Below, in pieces: positions 56,001 through 64,000 of a stretch of 64,000 nt of DNA. Each line of letters starts with the position of its first letter. Position 1 is the stretch's first letter. Source of the DNA: Spirochaetota bacterium (lineage in GTDB: Bacteria > Spirochaetota > UBA4802 > JAFGJZ01); contig JAQIBV010000030.1 of NCBI GenBank assembly GCA_027858855.1, positions 44,644 through 108,643 of the forward strand, given 5' to 3'. Made by a program: the position numbers and the translations under genes. Under the pieces are notes generated by a model. It was not told where the DNA came from and did no database searches. It saw only the letters and a program-made list of their open reading frames with translations.

Positions 56001-58640
56001 ATCCTCTGTTGATAATAGACCGTCCCCTTTTGTAGAGGCATTGACCCGAGGGCCCGATCCGACTCTGGTCTGCTCTTCGCCAGTCGGGTTAAAGAGATAA
56101 CCACGGTCTTCATAAACCCCAGCCTGTATATCCGCGTCCAGTACGCCGTTACGGTTAAGGTCTTCGGTGTCAAGAATTCCGTCTCTATCGCTGTCTTCAT
56201 CGATTGTTCCTGCGTCAAGGGTCATATATGCAGTTCCATTTCCTGAAGCTGCCTTATAGTAGATCTCTACATACTGAAGAGAAGAAAGATCTGTTGTCGA
56301 GCCCGGTCGCAGAGATGTTGCGACTGAAGCACAACTGTCACCAGTAGAGAAATCGAAGTCCAGTACAAGCGAATAGGTATCCTCTTCATCGATGTGAGAT
56401 TCTGCAATGTTATAGGGGCCCGGTTTAATTGAGTAATCAACAATGTTGGGAGAATAAGAGGCACCGCGCAGTTCGTAGTCTCGTGACGGTGAGCGGTAAT
56501 ATTTGTAGTTGAGTCGTCCCCTTTCATTTTGATCAGTGCCCGCGGGTAGGGATGAAAGCTGCCAGTCTTTCTCTGATAGTGAAACTGGTATAATCTCTTC
56601 TGAAGATTCCATGTTGTCTATCATTGCCTTGCCATATGTGTTTGAGTTTAGCCTGCTGTGTGCGACTTCAAAGTAACCATTTACATCGAAGGGTATAGGC
56701 TCTACCGGTCGACCGAGAATACGGGATGCCATACGCGAGAGCTTTGCAGGTCCCATCCAGGTCGTGGCGTCGGCCTCTAGTACGAGCATCGATTCAGGTT
56801 CGCTGCCAACATCCGGTATCATCTGTGCCATAGGTGCGGCGCTGTATAAGAGGGTTGTTCCCAGAGACAGGTTCCGGTTTACACGGTAGTCGGTACGCAC
56901 ACCTCCTAAAAATGCGTTTCCGGAACCTGCAAAGGGTGAATGGTCGTACGATATTGTAATTTCGCTGTCAGCTCCGATATAGGGACGGTTAGGATCGGGG
57001 AATTCTATTGTTCCTGCTTTCTCATCAATTATGTACAGAGAGCTGTCGATGGTATGGCCGTTTATTTGGACCAGAACGCTCTCCTTGTTTATATCTGTAT
57101 GCTTGAGTTGATAGAGCCGGTCACCCGAAAGAAACGCAAAATCAAGAGAGTAGCGCGAATACCGGTAGATGTCGTTTGGAATTACGGCATCGTATATTCG
57201 CGAACTGTTTGAACCGTGCAGGGCGCGCAATGGCTCACGCAGGGCAAAGCTAACTGTGCCCTTTGCATAATCCACTGTGTAGTGACCGCATTGCTCTATT
57301 CTATCGTTAGAAATGACTCCCGAATCATCACTAATAGAGAAATTGAATTTTTCGGCCGATATCTTTACCGAACCTAATGAGTAGACTGATTTTCGTTCAT
57401 AGATGTCGTAATTAATTCGACCGTCACCATTTTTATCTCCGTTTCCAGTTCCGTCGCGGTTGTGATCTTCCTCTATTGAGGGGCCATATTTGATAAAAAC
57501 AAAGTTTTTACCCGGAACAATATCAGTTCGCACCGCTGGGTCGCGTGATGGTCTGTTGCTAGTGAGTTTATAGCTGATATAGATTCGTGATGTATCGGAA
57601 ACTTCAGTTAAGAATTCAATTTCACCTGAGGCATAGTTGATGCTGTAATCCCGCCCGGAGCTCATTTTCCTGTAAAAACCGCCGTCAATACCAAGTTGTG
57701 TAGCGCCCTCGTTATTGGTCTGATCCTGATCGTCGATATAGACCGAGAGTGAACCGGGTTGAATATTTACTGGGAAGGGGTGGTAGCGCTGAACGTCGGC
57801 AGGTGCGGATGTGAAAGTAATCAGGCTGTTGAAAGATTCCCGGGTAATTACCGGCATCGAATCAGGATTGTCATAGCGTATGAAGGGTTCTATCTGGTAG
57901 TATCTGTTTTTGCTGTATTGAAAATCCCGAAGTGATATGGTTTCAGATGATCTGTCACCTCTGAAATTTTCCTCTTCACTTTCTGATTCAAAAACAGTAC
58001 CGAACATCTTGACCCGAAGGTTGTCTTTTTGAAGAGTTGTATCGAAACCGACTGCTCTGCGTGACTTGCTCTCATAGATTGCATATTTGGAATTATTAAT
58101 ATTAATCAGAATGTTTCCTAACCGTGCCTCCTGTACTATCTCGTCATCGGTCAGGGCACGATATTCAACAAGATAGAAGTTCTCAGTTTCATCAACACTG
58201 TCATGATGAATATAGACCCTGATGCGTTCATTTATCTGCCCCTCCATGTGCATCCGCATAATTCTCTCCTGATTAAAACCGGAAGAGATGACCCGGGAAC
58301 GGGGTTCTGATGTATCACTTTGCTTGTATTTGAGTTTGCGGTATTTAACACTGCCATATCCGATACTGTAATTAAGAAAGGCGTCCATATAAAAATTTTC
58401 CTCAGGATCATCACTGTTATACTCCTTGAGGTGCCGATCATACCAGATATAACGGCTCCAATCATCATCTGAGAGCAATAAAATGGGGTGTGTCTTCTGA
58501 GGGGTCTGCTCTGTCTCTGCGTCTGATAATTCGGACACAACGGGGGCTGTCGCAGCCGTCTCCTGGGCTTTAACAGACTCTATTAGCACGGGTGATGTCA
58601 TAAGCAGAATCAGCAGATTCAGCCGATAATATATTTTCAT
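53067..58640 (-). CDS. Very large outer-membrane protein, SprA/Sov-like
   Basis: Signal peptide; MEGQINERI, DYSINYASGEI, GGVRTDY...LGTTLLY, AMIDNMES, twin TEDLNRNG.L; beta-rich C-terminal third ending in Phe. Confidence 0.65.
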   Translation of the reverse strand: MKIYYRLNLLILLMTSPVLIESVKAQETAATAPVVSELSDAETEQTPQKTHPILLLSDDDWSRYIWYDRHLKEYNSDDPEENFYMDAFLNYSIGYGSVKYRKLKYKQSDTSEPRSRVISSGFNQERIMRMHMEGQINERIRVYIHHDSVDETENFYLVEYRALTDDEIVQEARLGNILININNSKYAIYESKSRRAVGFDTTLQKDNLRVKMFGTVFESESEEENFRGDRSSETISLRDFQYSKNRYYQIEPFIRYDNPDSMPVITRESFNSLITFTSAPADVQRYHPFPVNIQPGSLSVYIDDQDQTNNEGATQLGIDGGFYRKMSSGRDYSINYASGEIEFLTEVSDTSRIYISYKLTSNRPSRDPAVRTDIVPGKNFVFIKYGPSIEEDHNRDGTGNGDKNGDGRINYDIYERKSVYSLGSVKISAEKFNFSISDDSGVISNDRIEQCGHYTVDYAKGTVSFALREPLRALHGSNSSRIYDAVIPNDIYRYSRYSLDFAFLSGDRLYQLKHTDINKESVLVQINGHTIDSSLYIIDEKAGTIEFPDPNRPYIGADSEITISYDHSPFAGSGNAFLGGVRTDYRVNRNLSLGTTLLYSAAPMAQMIPDVGSEPESMLVLEADATTWMGPAKLSRMASRILGRPVEPIPFDVNGYFEVAHSRLNSNTYGKAMIDNMESSEEIIPVSLSEKDWQLSSLPAGTDQNERGRLNYKYYRSPSRDYELRGASYSPNIVDYSIKPGPYNIAESHIDEEDTYSLVLDFDFSTGDSCASVATSLRPGSTTDLSSLQYVEIYYKAASGNGTAYMTLDAGTIDEDSDRDGILDTEDLNRNGVLDADIQAGVYEDRGYLFNPTGEEQTRVGSGPRVNASTKGDGLLSTEDLNRNGILNSNEDVITFPGRDRARAVQEGAAADEQIRVDMTNRQWQRAVIYLDRGSSFSESARATLQQAVALRLSVHSDSQQRGVIYIGSLKLVAPSWQQKSINGVITEDSERFSVSLINSATDSEYYDNSFAVSNKDQYEKLQGNSAYDEGVPIEASLEIRYDALGGDSATATKRLARPINMMNYRDLVFWINTRSFTIGDEVSIHIGSSENDFSVYTFPLTRKNFWEEVKLSLNERGPNQPVENAGSVDLRNIRFLKIGVTGHSGRFWFNNLLLSGAETVTDLAYWVEGAVSARRSAYRTESGTELGKDFTLKYVKRGVGQSFVSPGRIDRNISEDAHELYSSIEIMPHLLTDASFIHEKTVTDNNDSSFPEEKRGLTTKKSTIFNLSYNPPDKAIRMAQLYCRLSDYDNVLTGNSEEESIHRVLHNEYAPGFMLEHETGILPGTLHSRFFTDLLFSTRDESSTPLEEGDTTSEKQVTDYQKRTTGYELQYRTGYFYLTPRLKHGSSEYVTFTGYGDDPSSPISESINYGFHTPFFHDGSNMKLFERFFELEHTTGLTVFKTLEPQHNLYFNYFENQFNDYRDLYEQGSRFSRSKSGESEVVQNFRFPFNFSSESLESLRNITVIYERKTVLNETGVPFEGETHDYFDEEYGVKRSMMSASDTSLNIFKYPPWYFFAGRGNCGNGRDHVFSTLNRPLGPTDDPGYGYTNSLMVQDRFELSSFYSFNSASASLFNHVSQMSERPEVQHVSRQMVQISNGINLTFDLMELFNFSFFRPNHADNARHSAQFYTGYNFTKNLFITENRTENIHSPSAGLLFGRNRKSISLNASFDFIHRKNEAYIEEGPGRPKADDKYYENIPDEKLDEHDTTYTYSCEIKSDVALLYTFFNNFYELYDYPMFTARYDITLNRYDYSYTVAPEPYDLFMLTTLLELDVHKNIRGGITGRWALEKYRNRETGKVYEEILSYEYLLGLTVLF

Positions 58641-58832
58641 TCGAGTACAGATTCCGTTAGCAGATATTGGGCCGCATTTATGTAAAAGATGCAGCCTGGA
58701 AAAAGCTTCCCATATGGTTATTATCGTACTATTTGGTTAGGCTCTTCAGGAAATAGTTTGCCGGTTTTGGGCTATTTTATCTGTTTGGGAATCGGGTTGT
58801 ATGAATATCTGAGGAGTTTTGTAGAGCGTAAT

Positions 58833-59243
58833 TCAGCTGAGTGTTTCTATTTTAAGAATGCGGTCGGGGGAATTTATGAAGCCCCTTTTGATGAGTGCAA
58901 GGCTGTGAGAGCCGGCCTCAATGCCTTGTTTAATATGTTCGATTGTTGCGTCAATATTGATGCCGGAGCAGCTGAAGAGGTCAATAGAGGCGAAGTTGTG
59001 TTCTGGCCAGGTATGGATGGAAAAATGGGATTCTGCAATGACAATTACTCCGCTGACGCCCTGAGGAGAGAAGGTGTGGAAAAATGGGCGTATGATTGTT
59101 GCACCGGAAATGGTTACAGCTTCGGTCATTATTGACTCTAAAAGTTCCCGGTTATTCAGAGTATTAGCATTGCAGTCATAAAATTCTGCAAGATAGTGTG
59201 AGCTTAAGGGTTTTTCTGATTCAGAACCTGATTTTATATCCAT
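58833..59243 (-). CDS. speD: S-adenosylmethionine decarboxylase proenzyme (short, class 1B)
   Basis: FSPQGVSGVIVIAESHFSIHTWPE...DLFSC, with the ES autocleavage site. Confidence 0.92.
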   Translation of the reverse strand: MDIKSGSESEKPLSSHYLAEFYDCNANTLNNRELLESIMTEAVTISGATIIRPFFHTFSPQGVSGVIVIAESHFSIHTWPEHNFASIDLFSCSGINIDATIEHIKQGIEAGSHSLALIKRGFINSPDRILKIETLS

Positions 59244-59407
59244 CTGCGACTCTACCTTGATTCAAAAGTTTATATTAACGGGACAAAAGCATAATAGTTA
59301 GGGTAGAGCTATTCCGGTTAGTGTCAAACAGTTTTGCTGAAAATATCTTGCCTGTCTGTTCTGATACTGGATACTGGTGAATTAATTATCTGTTTTATGG
59401 AGGTCTG

Positions 59408-60328
59408 ATGATACTGGGACTTGGTGGAGTGGTAATTGACAGGAGTCTGATTGTTCCTGATATTCCCGGGTGGGATACAGTTTTACATGCACATCATTAC
59501 AGCACTCACCAAGGGGGGATGGTAGCGACTGCTCTAGCTGCCTGTGCCCGTTTGGGTGTACAATCAGAATTTATCGGTGCGATCGGTGATGATGATGCCG
59601 GTGGATTCATTGTAAAAAAGTTTATCGAAAATCATGTATCATGTGCCCGTATTGTCGTAAAGGAGGGAGAGCCCTCTCCCTGCTCAATCTGCCTTGTGAA
59701 TGAAAAGAGCGGAGCCCGTACTATAATTCACTATCGAGGACTTCAGGATCAGAATTCCCTCAATATTGACATCAACCTTGCCGAGAAAAAATTTCTGCAT
59801 CTGGATGGGTACTGGCCTGAAACAGCGGTTACAACGGCAAAAAAAGCGAAAGAGGAGGGAATTGTGGTTACCCTCGACCCCAGTTCGACCCTTATTGGAT
59901 CGCCCTATTGTGATTCGCTGCTTGATCTGGTGGATTACGTTGTTCCGGGTTACAATTTTGCCAGCGGACTTACCGGAAAGAGCGATGTGCGTGAGATGTG
60001 CACCTCGATATATCGTCCCACGATGAAGGCTGTTGTTGTCACATGGGGTAATAAGGGTGTCTTCACATATGATGGAGAACTGTTTGTTAACTATCCCGGT
60101 TTCGATGTAGATGTTGTTGATACAACTGGGGCGGGTGATGTTTTTCATGGAGCACTGCTTGTTGGGCTGTCCCGTGGCTATACCCTGGAGCAGAACTGTC
60201 GTCTGGGTAATGCCGCAGCTGCATTAAAGTGTCGTTCCGTAGGAGGACAGGGGGGCATACCGACTCAGGCCGAGGTTTCGGAGTTTTTAAATGATCATGG
60301 ATACTCATTTTTTACCGTTATGGAGTGA
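59408..60328 (+). CDS. PfkB/ribokinase-family sugar kinase
   Basis: GG.VATA...ARLG...FIGAIGDD; VVDTTGAGDVFHG; NAAAALKC. Confidence 0.92.
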   Translation: MILGLGGVVIDRSLIVPDIPGWDTVLHAHHYSTHQGGMVATALAACARLGVQSEFIGAIGDDDAGGFIVKKFIENHVSCARIVVKEGEPSPCSICLVNEKSGARTIIHYRGLQDQNSLNIDINLAEKKFLHLDGYWPETAVTTAKKAKEEGIVVTLDPSSTLIGSPYCDSLLDLVDYVVPGYNFASGLTGKSDVREMCTSIYRPTMKAVVVTWGNKGVFTYDGELFVNYPGFDVDVVDTTGAGDVFHGALLVGLSRGYTLEQNCRLGNAAAALKCRSVGGQGGIPTQAEVSEFLNDHGYSFFTVME

Positions 60329-60333
60329 CCCTG

Positions 60334-60361
60334 TAAAGATCGGTGCAGGATTTTCCGATTA
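60334..60361 (+). promoter_or_regulatory. Possible sigma-28-type promoter
   Basis: TAAA-N16-TCCGATTA upstream of the 89-aa ORF. Confidence 0.4.
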
Positions 60362-60449
60362 GATAATGTAGGTGTCAGGAGTGGTTTTTACGGGCAATTG
60401 CAGGTTATTTGATCTATGCAGATTCTTCATATAGAGTGGTAATTCGGGT

Positions 60450-60719
60450 ATGAATATTTCAACAGGTGTTTCGGCTGTTCAGTTGTCACCGGCTATGGAC
60501 AGCCGAAAGGTGTATATTAAATCACCTTATAACAAAAATGCCCTTCGTTCTGTGCAAAAGGTAGATCGGCGTCGTCAGCCTCTTCTTCCAGAAGGCCCTG
60601 TGGGTAAAAGTGTGCGGGAGCGTATGGGCAGTTATAGACGCATGCACAATCTTTATACTATTCGCGGGGTTCATACCGCCTCTGCTGCGCGTGGGCGGAA
60701 TCTTGATATCTATGCCTGA
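60450..60719 (+). CDS. Small hypothetical protein ending in GRNLDIYA
   Basis: Fills the gap between convergent genes; YT.RG...GxxLDxYA tail resembles YjfB-like small proteins. Confidence 0.55.
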   Translation: MNISTGVSAVQLSPAMDSRKVYIKSPYNKNALRSVQKVDRRRQPLLPEGPVGKSVRERMGSYRRMHNLYTIRGVHTASAARGRNLDIYA

Positions 60720-60728
60720 TCTATTCAA

Positions 60729-61874
60729 CTACTTGTTATATTCCGTAATAAAATCTTTTATACCATCACCAACACTCTTTGCTACCCGATCCTGAAACTT
60801 ACCCTTAATCAGCAATCCTCGTTCCTTTTTGTTCGTGATATACCCAGCTTCCACCAGTACTGCCGGCATCAGAGCGCCGCGTAAAACAAAAAAATCCGCT
60901 TTTTTAACACCGCGCGATTTTGTCTCTTTTAAGTTTTTTTTCATGCGGTTCTGGATCTTACCGGCAAGAAGTGCACTCTCTTTCTGAATCTGCGTCGTCA
61001 GCATCAGCGCTTCTATATATTCTACATCCTGGTAGGGTTTGTGTTTGTTAGACTCTAGTACAACAACATTATTTTCCAGGGCAGCGGTTGCGCGAGACTC
61101 CTCATTCGTTGCGTTTTGAGAGAGATAGTAGTTTTCAAAACCGTTACTGCGTGAAGAGATTGATGCATTTACGTGCATGCTTATAAAAAGGCCGTTTGTT
61201 CCCTTTTTTAATTTACGGTTTGCAATCTCGGTTCGTTTACCCAGTTCAATAAAGATGTCTTTTTCACGTGTCATGATGACTTCCACACCTCTGAGGTTTT
61301 TTTCCAGATATTTTTTAACCTTTTTTGATATGGTAAGGGTCAGGTCTTTTTCTCTTACCTTGTGTCCGATGGCACCGGGGTCTTTGCCACCGTGTCCAGG
61401 GTCAATAATTATGAAGGCTATCTTCTCTTTTGCCGGAGAAACGGGAACAAGGTTGGCTACCGGATCATCGGCAGGAGTGCTCTTTTTATTCAGGCTGTAG
61501 TGGTTTCGGCTAAGCTTAAGGTTAAATTCCGGAAAGAAGGCGGCACTCATCTCTTTAAAGAAGAGTGATGGAATAAAGACCTCGCCGTTTTTTCGCATTA
61601 CAGGGTATGAGCTCATGTATATGCGACCGTCGATAACATAGGCTGCATAACCACTCTGAAAAACGGCAAAGTGGTGCTTATGGTACAGCTTTCCTCTCTG
61701 TGAAATTACATCAAAAGTTTGATTTATTCCTGTTTTAGTTGCTATATCATAGAGTGAGATATATTTTTTCCCGTCAATGGAGTACTCTCTTACTGAAAAG
61801 TTGAGAGAGGTTCCAAAAAGGGTCAATGAAACTGTCAGAAGCAGCAGGGGTATGATTATTGTCCTTAATCTCAT
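60729..61874 (-). CDS. N-acetylmuramoyl-L-alanine amidase (Amidase_3)
   Basis: IDPGHGGKDPGA, EKDLTL, FISMHVNA and MPAVLVEAGYITN motifs; signal peptide. Confidence 0.95.
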   Translation of the reverse strand: MRLRTIIIPLLLLTVSLTLFGTSLNFSVREYSIDGKKYISLYDIATKTGINQTFDVISQRGKLYHKHHFAVFQSGYAAYVIDGRIYMSSYPVMRKNGEVFIPSLFFKEMSAAFFPEFNLKLSRNHYSLNKKSTPADDPVANLVPVSPAKEKIAFIIIDPGHGGKDPGAIGHKVREKDLTLTISKKVKKYLEKNLRGVEVIMTREKDIFIELGKRTEIANRKLKKGTNGLFISMHVNASISSRSNGFENYYLSQNATNEESRATAALENNVVVLESNKHKPYQDVEYIEALMLTTQIQKESALLAGKIQNRMKKNLKETKSRGVKKADFFVLRGALMPAVLVEAGYITNKKERGLLIKGKFQDRVAKSVGDGIKDFITEYNK

Positions 61875-61990
61875 GGTTTATTGAGTACGGTAATCGATAG
61901 AATAGTCAAGTTTTTCTTGCTGCTCGTATTTAAAAAGCAAATTAGTGCATAAGTTAGTCAGGTTTGTCTATTTGCGGTTCGGGAGGAGGT

Positions 61991-63262
61991 ATGGAGCATT
62001 TTTCTACAATTATAATTGGTTCTGGACCGGCAGGTCTTGGGGCGGCCTTTCATCTGCTTGAAAAGGGGGGTGTCTCTGTTCTGCTGCTTGAGAAGAGTTC
62101 AATTTCATCCGGAGGGCTTCGGAATGATTGTAAACAGAATTATACCTATCCGGTAGGGTTTCCCGAGCAGTTGTGGAGTCATAGCGAAGCTGAGGAGTCT
62201 CTTCGTGAGGTGCGACGCTATCTTGAGCCGTCCATTGTGAAAAAGGGTGACATTGAAATCTACCGAAAGAGGGCTTTCGCTATGGGGGTAGAGCTTCTGG
62301 ATATAGAGCAGTCACATGTGGGCACGGACAAGGCGCCGGCGCTGATTAATTCGCTTATAAAAAGGCTGGTGGATGGTGGTGTGGATGTGCGTTTGAAAAC
62401 GGAGGTTCACTCCATTAATTACGAGCATCGTATGGTTGTTCTTGATGGAGGAGATCAGATCTCTTTCGATAATGTGATAGTTGCACCGGGGCGTTCGGGG
62501 TTTCGCTGGCTGCAACAAGTGATGGATGAAAACGGAGTAAGCTTCACCGATAACAGTGTTGATATAGGTATTCGTGTTGAGTGCACCGCCAATAACTTTT
62601 CTATTGTGAAGGATTACTATGATCCAAAGTTTCTTTTCCCATATAAGGTTCGCAGCTTCTGCACAAATTCGGGTGCGGCCCATGTTGTCCGCGAAAAGTA
62701 TGAGTACTACTACTCTGTAAACGGACATTCTCTCTCGTCGAAACGGTCACCGAATAATCTTGTAAATTTCGCATTACTAAAAACCATAGAGCTTACAGAC
62801 CCAGTTGCAAGCGGTCAGCATTTTGCACAAATACTGGGGCAAATGGCTATGCAGTTATCAGGGGGCGTTCCGATGATGCAGAGGGTTGGCGACTTGAGGC
62901 TTGGCAAACGCTCAACGCGACAAACCTTCAACAATGATCTTTACAATTTCGAACCGACTCTTGCTGGTTCGACTCCCGGTGATCTGTCGCTTGCTATTCC
63001 CGCTAAAATTTTGCGCCATATCTGGAACTCTCTTAAGATGCTTGATACGATAATTCCCGGAGTGCTTCACCCCTCAACTATACTCTATTATCCAGAGATC
63101 AAGACCTATGCCAATAAGCCCGCATTTATTAATCGCTGGTTTGAGGTTCTACCCAGTTTTTTTATGGTCGGAGATGGTGCCGGAACAAGCCGAGGAATAA
63201 CCGCGGCCTGGTGTTCAGGTATTCGTGCAGCACAAAGAGTGATTGAAACTTTCGGCAATTGA
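61991..63262 (+). CDS. FAD-dependent oxidoreductase (COG2509-like)
   Basis: IGSGPAG, VAPGRSG, DIGIRVE, RSFCTN, VNGH and VGDGAGTSRGI motifs; ggagg RBS before ATG 61991. Confidence 0.85.
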   Translation: MEHFSTIIIGSGPAGLGAAFHLLEKGGVSVLLLEKSSISSGGLRNDCKQNYTYPVGFPEQLWSHSEAEESLREVRRYLEPSIVKKGDIEIYRKRAFAMGVELLDIEQSHVGTDKAPALINSLIKRLVDGGVDVRLKTEVHSINYEHRMVVLDGGDQISFDNVIVAPGRSGFRWLQQVMDENGVSFTDNSVDIGIRVECTANNFSIVKDYYDPKFLFPYKVRSFCTNSGAAHVVREKYEYYYSVNGHSLSSKRSPNNLVNFALLKTIELTDPVASGQHFAQILGQMAMQLSGGVPMMQRVGDLRLGKRSTRQTFNNDLYNFEPTLAGSTPGDLSLAIPAKILRHIWNSLKMLDTIIPGVLHPSTILYYPEIKTYANKPAFINRWFEVLPSFFMVGDGAGTSRGITAAWCSGIRAAQRVIETFGN

Positions 63263-63285
63263 AGCTGAACCAGTGTGTTCTACTG

Positions 63286-63999
63286 CTACTGGCTGACCGG
63301 AAGGTCGATATTGGCAAGCAGTTTGTCGAAAATATCTATTGAGTTATAATCCAGGGCACGTTTTTGTGCAGCTATGCTGAACTTCTTCCACAGAGCGGGT
63401 GAGTTCAGAAAGGAGGCTGCAAAGTCTGCCATCTGGTTTTTATTTGTTGCCAGAAAACCGCATGAGTCATGATTGATAATATCTTTCGGCCCTTTGGTGC
63501 TGTATGAAATAACCGGTGTGCCGCAGCTTAGTGCCTCAAGCACAACACAGCCGAATGTGTCGAAAATTGAAGGTAGTATCATAAGGTCCGCAGAGGAGTA
63601 GATCTCGGGTAGTTTGTCGTGATCAACCCATCCTAAAAAGAGTGCATCGGGTATCAGTTTCTGTAGCTTTTTTTCTTCAGGGCCGGTTCCGGCCAGCACA
63701 AGCTTTACGCCGGGTACCGTTTTACTGATTCGTTTGTAGATGGCTGGTAGTTCTGTTGCCCCTTTTTCGTGGCTTATTCTTCCGGTAAATAGAAGCACCG
63801 GGGTATCTTCTGAAACATTAAATAGCTTCTTCTTTGAACTTTTCTTTGGTTTATAGCCACTGTCAACCCAGTGCGCAGTCTGGTGTACGTTTTCTTGAGG
63901 AATACCCATCGCCTTAGATGTAAGCCATTTCTGCTGATCGCTGTTTAAAACAAATATTTCATCATACTCTTTGTAGAAGGCTCGCAAAATTCGTCGCAT
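63286..63999 (-). CDS. GT4 glycosyltransferase, 5'-truncated by the window edge
   Basis: FTGRISHEKG and PSIFDTFGCVVLEALSCGTPV motifs. Confidence 0.9.
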   Translation of the reverse strand: MRRILRAFYKEYDEIFVLNSDQQKWLTSKAMGIPQENVHQTAHWVDSGYKPKKSSKKKLFNVSEDTPVLLFTGRISHEKGATELPAIYKRISKTVPGVKLVLAGTGPEEKKLQKLIPDALFLGWVDHDKLPEIYSSADLMILPSIFDTFGCVVLEALSCGTPVISYSTKGPKDIINHDSCGFLATNKNQMADFAASFLNSPALWKKFSIAAQKRALDYNSIDIFDKLLANIDLPVSQ

Positions 64000-64000
64000 A

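Noticed and set aside
30-62728. Numerous 60-170 aa ORFs overlapping or antisense to long genes (e.g. 30-533, 17331-17798, 26621-27079, 58689-59135, 59684-60148)
   Set aside because: Shadow frames of well-supported genes, with no recognisable motifs.

Overview
Gene-dense 64 kb bacterial chromosomal window. A free-living spirochaete-like host is inferred from the gene repertoire and is not verified. It carries housekeeping genes (glgA-like, mnmA, typA, trxA, speD, prc, an amidase, glycosyltransferases), many sugar-sensing and signalling genes, and large envelope proteins. I saw no rRNA, tRNA, CRISPR array or intact transposase. Strongest leads: (1) a catalytically dead sugar-ABC ATPase domain fused to an AraC DNA-binding domain, beside a xylF-xylH pair that lacks xylG; (2) a 1857-aa SprA (T9SS translocon)-like outer-membrane protein; (3) an SbcD/YhaO-like nuclease that has lost its metal ligands, paired with a degenerate SMC-like ATPase; (4) a PrsW-PilZ-like-cNMP membrane protease behind a sigma-28-type promoter; (5) a DUF4105/Lnb-barrel protein next to a doubly anchored giant lipoprotein; (6) a cytoplasmic ParB-like/BMP fusion; (7) several dispersed hairpin or MITE-like repeat families, one with compensatory base changes; (8) hidden remnants: DUF559, Rpn, a ParE-type toxin-antitoxin pair, a frameshifted cheD and a possible IS110-derived element. 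All family calls come from motif recognition by eye; no database search was run.
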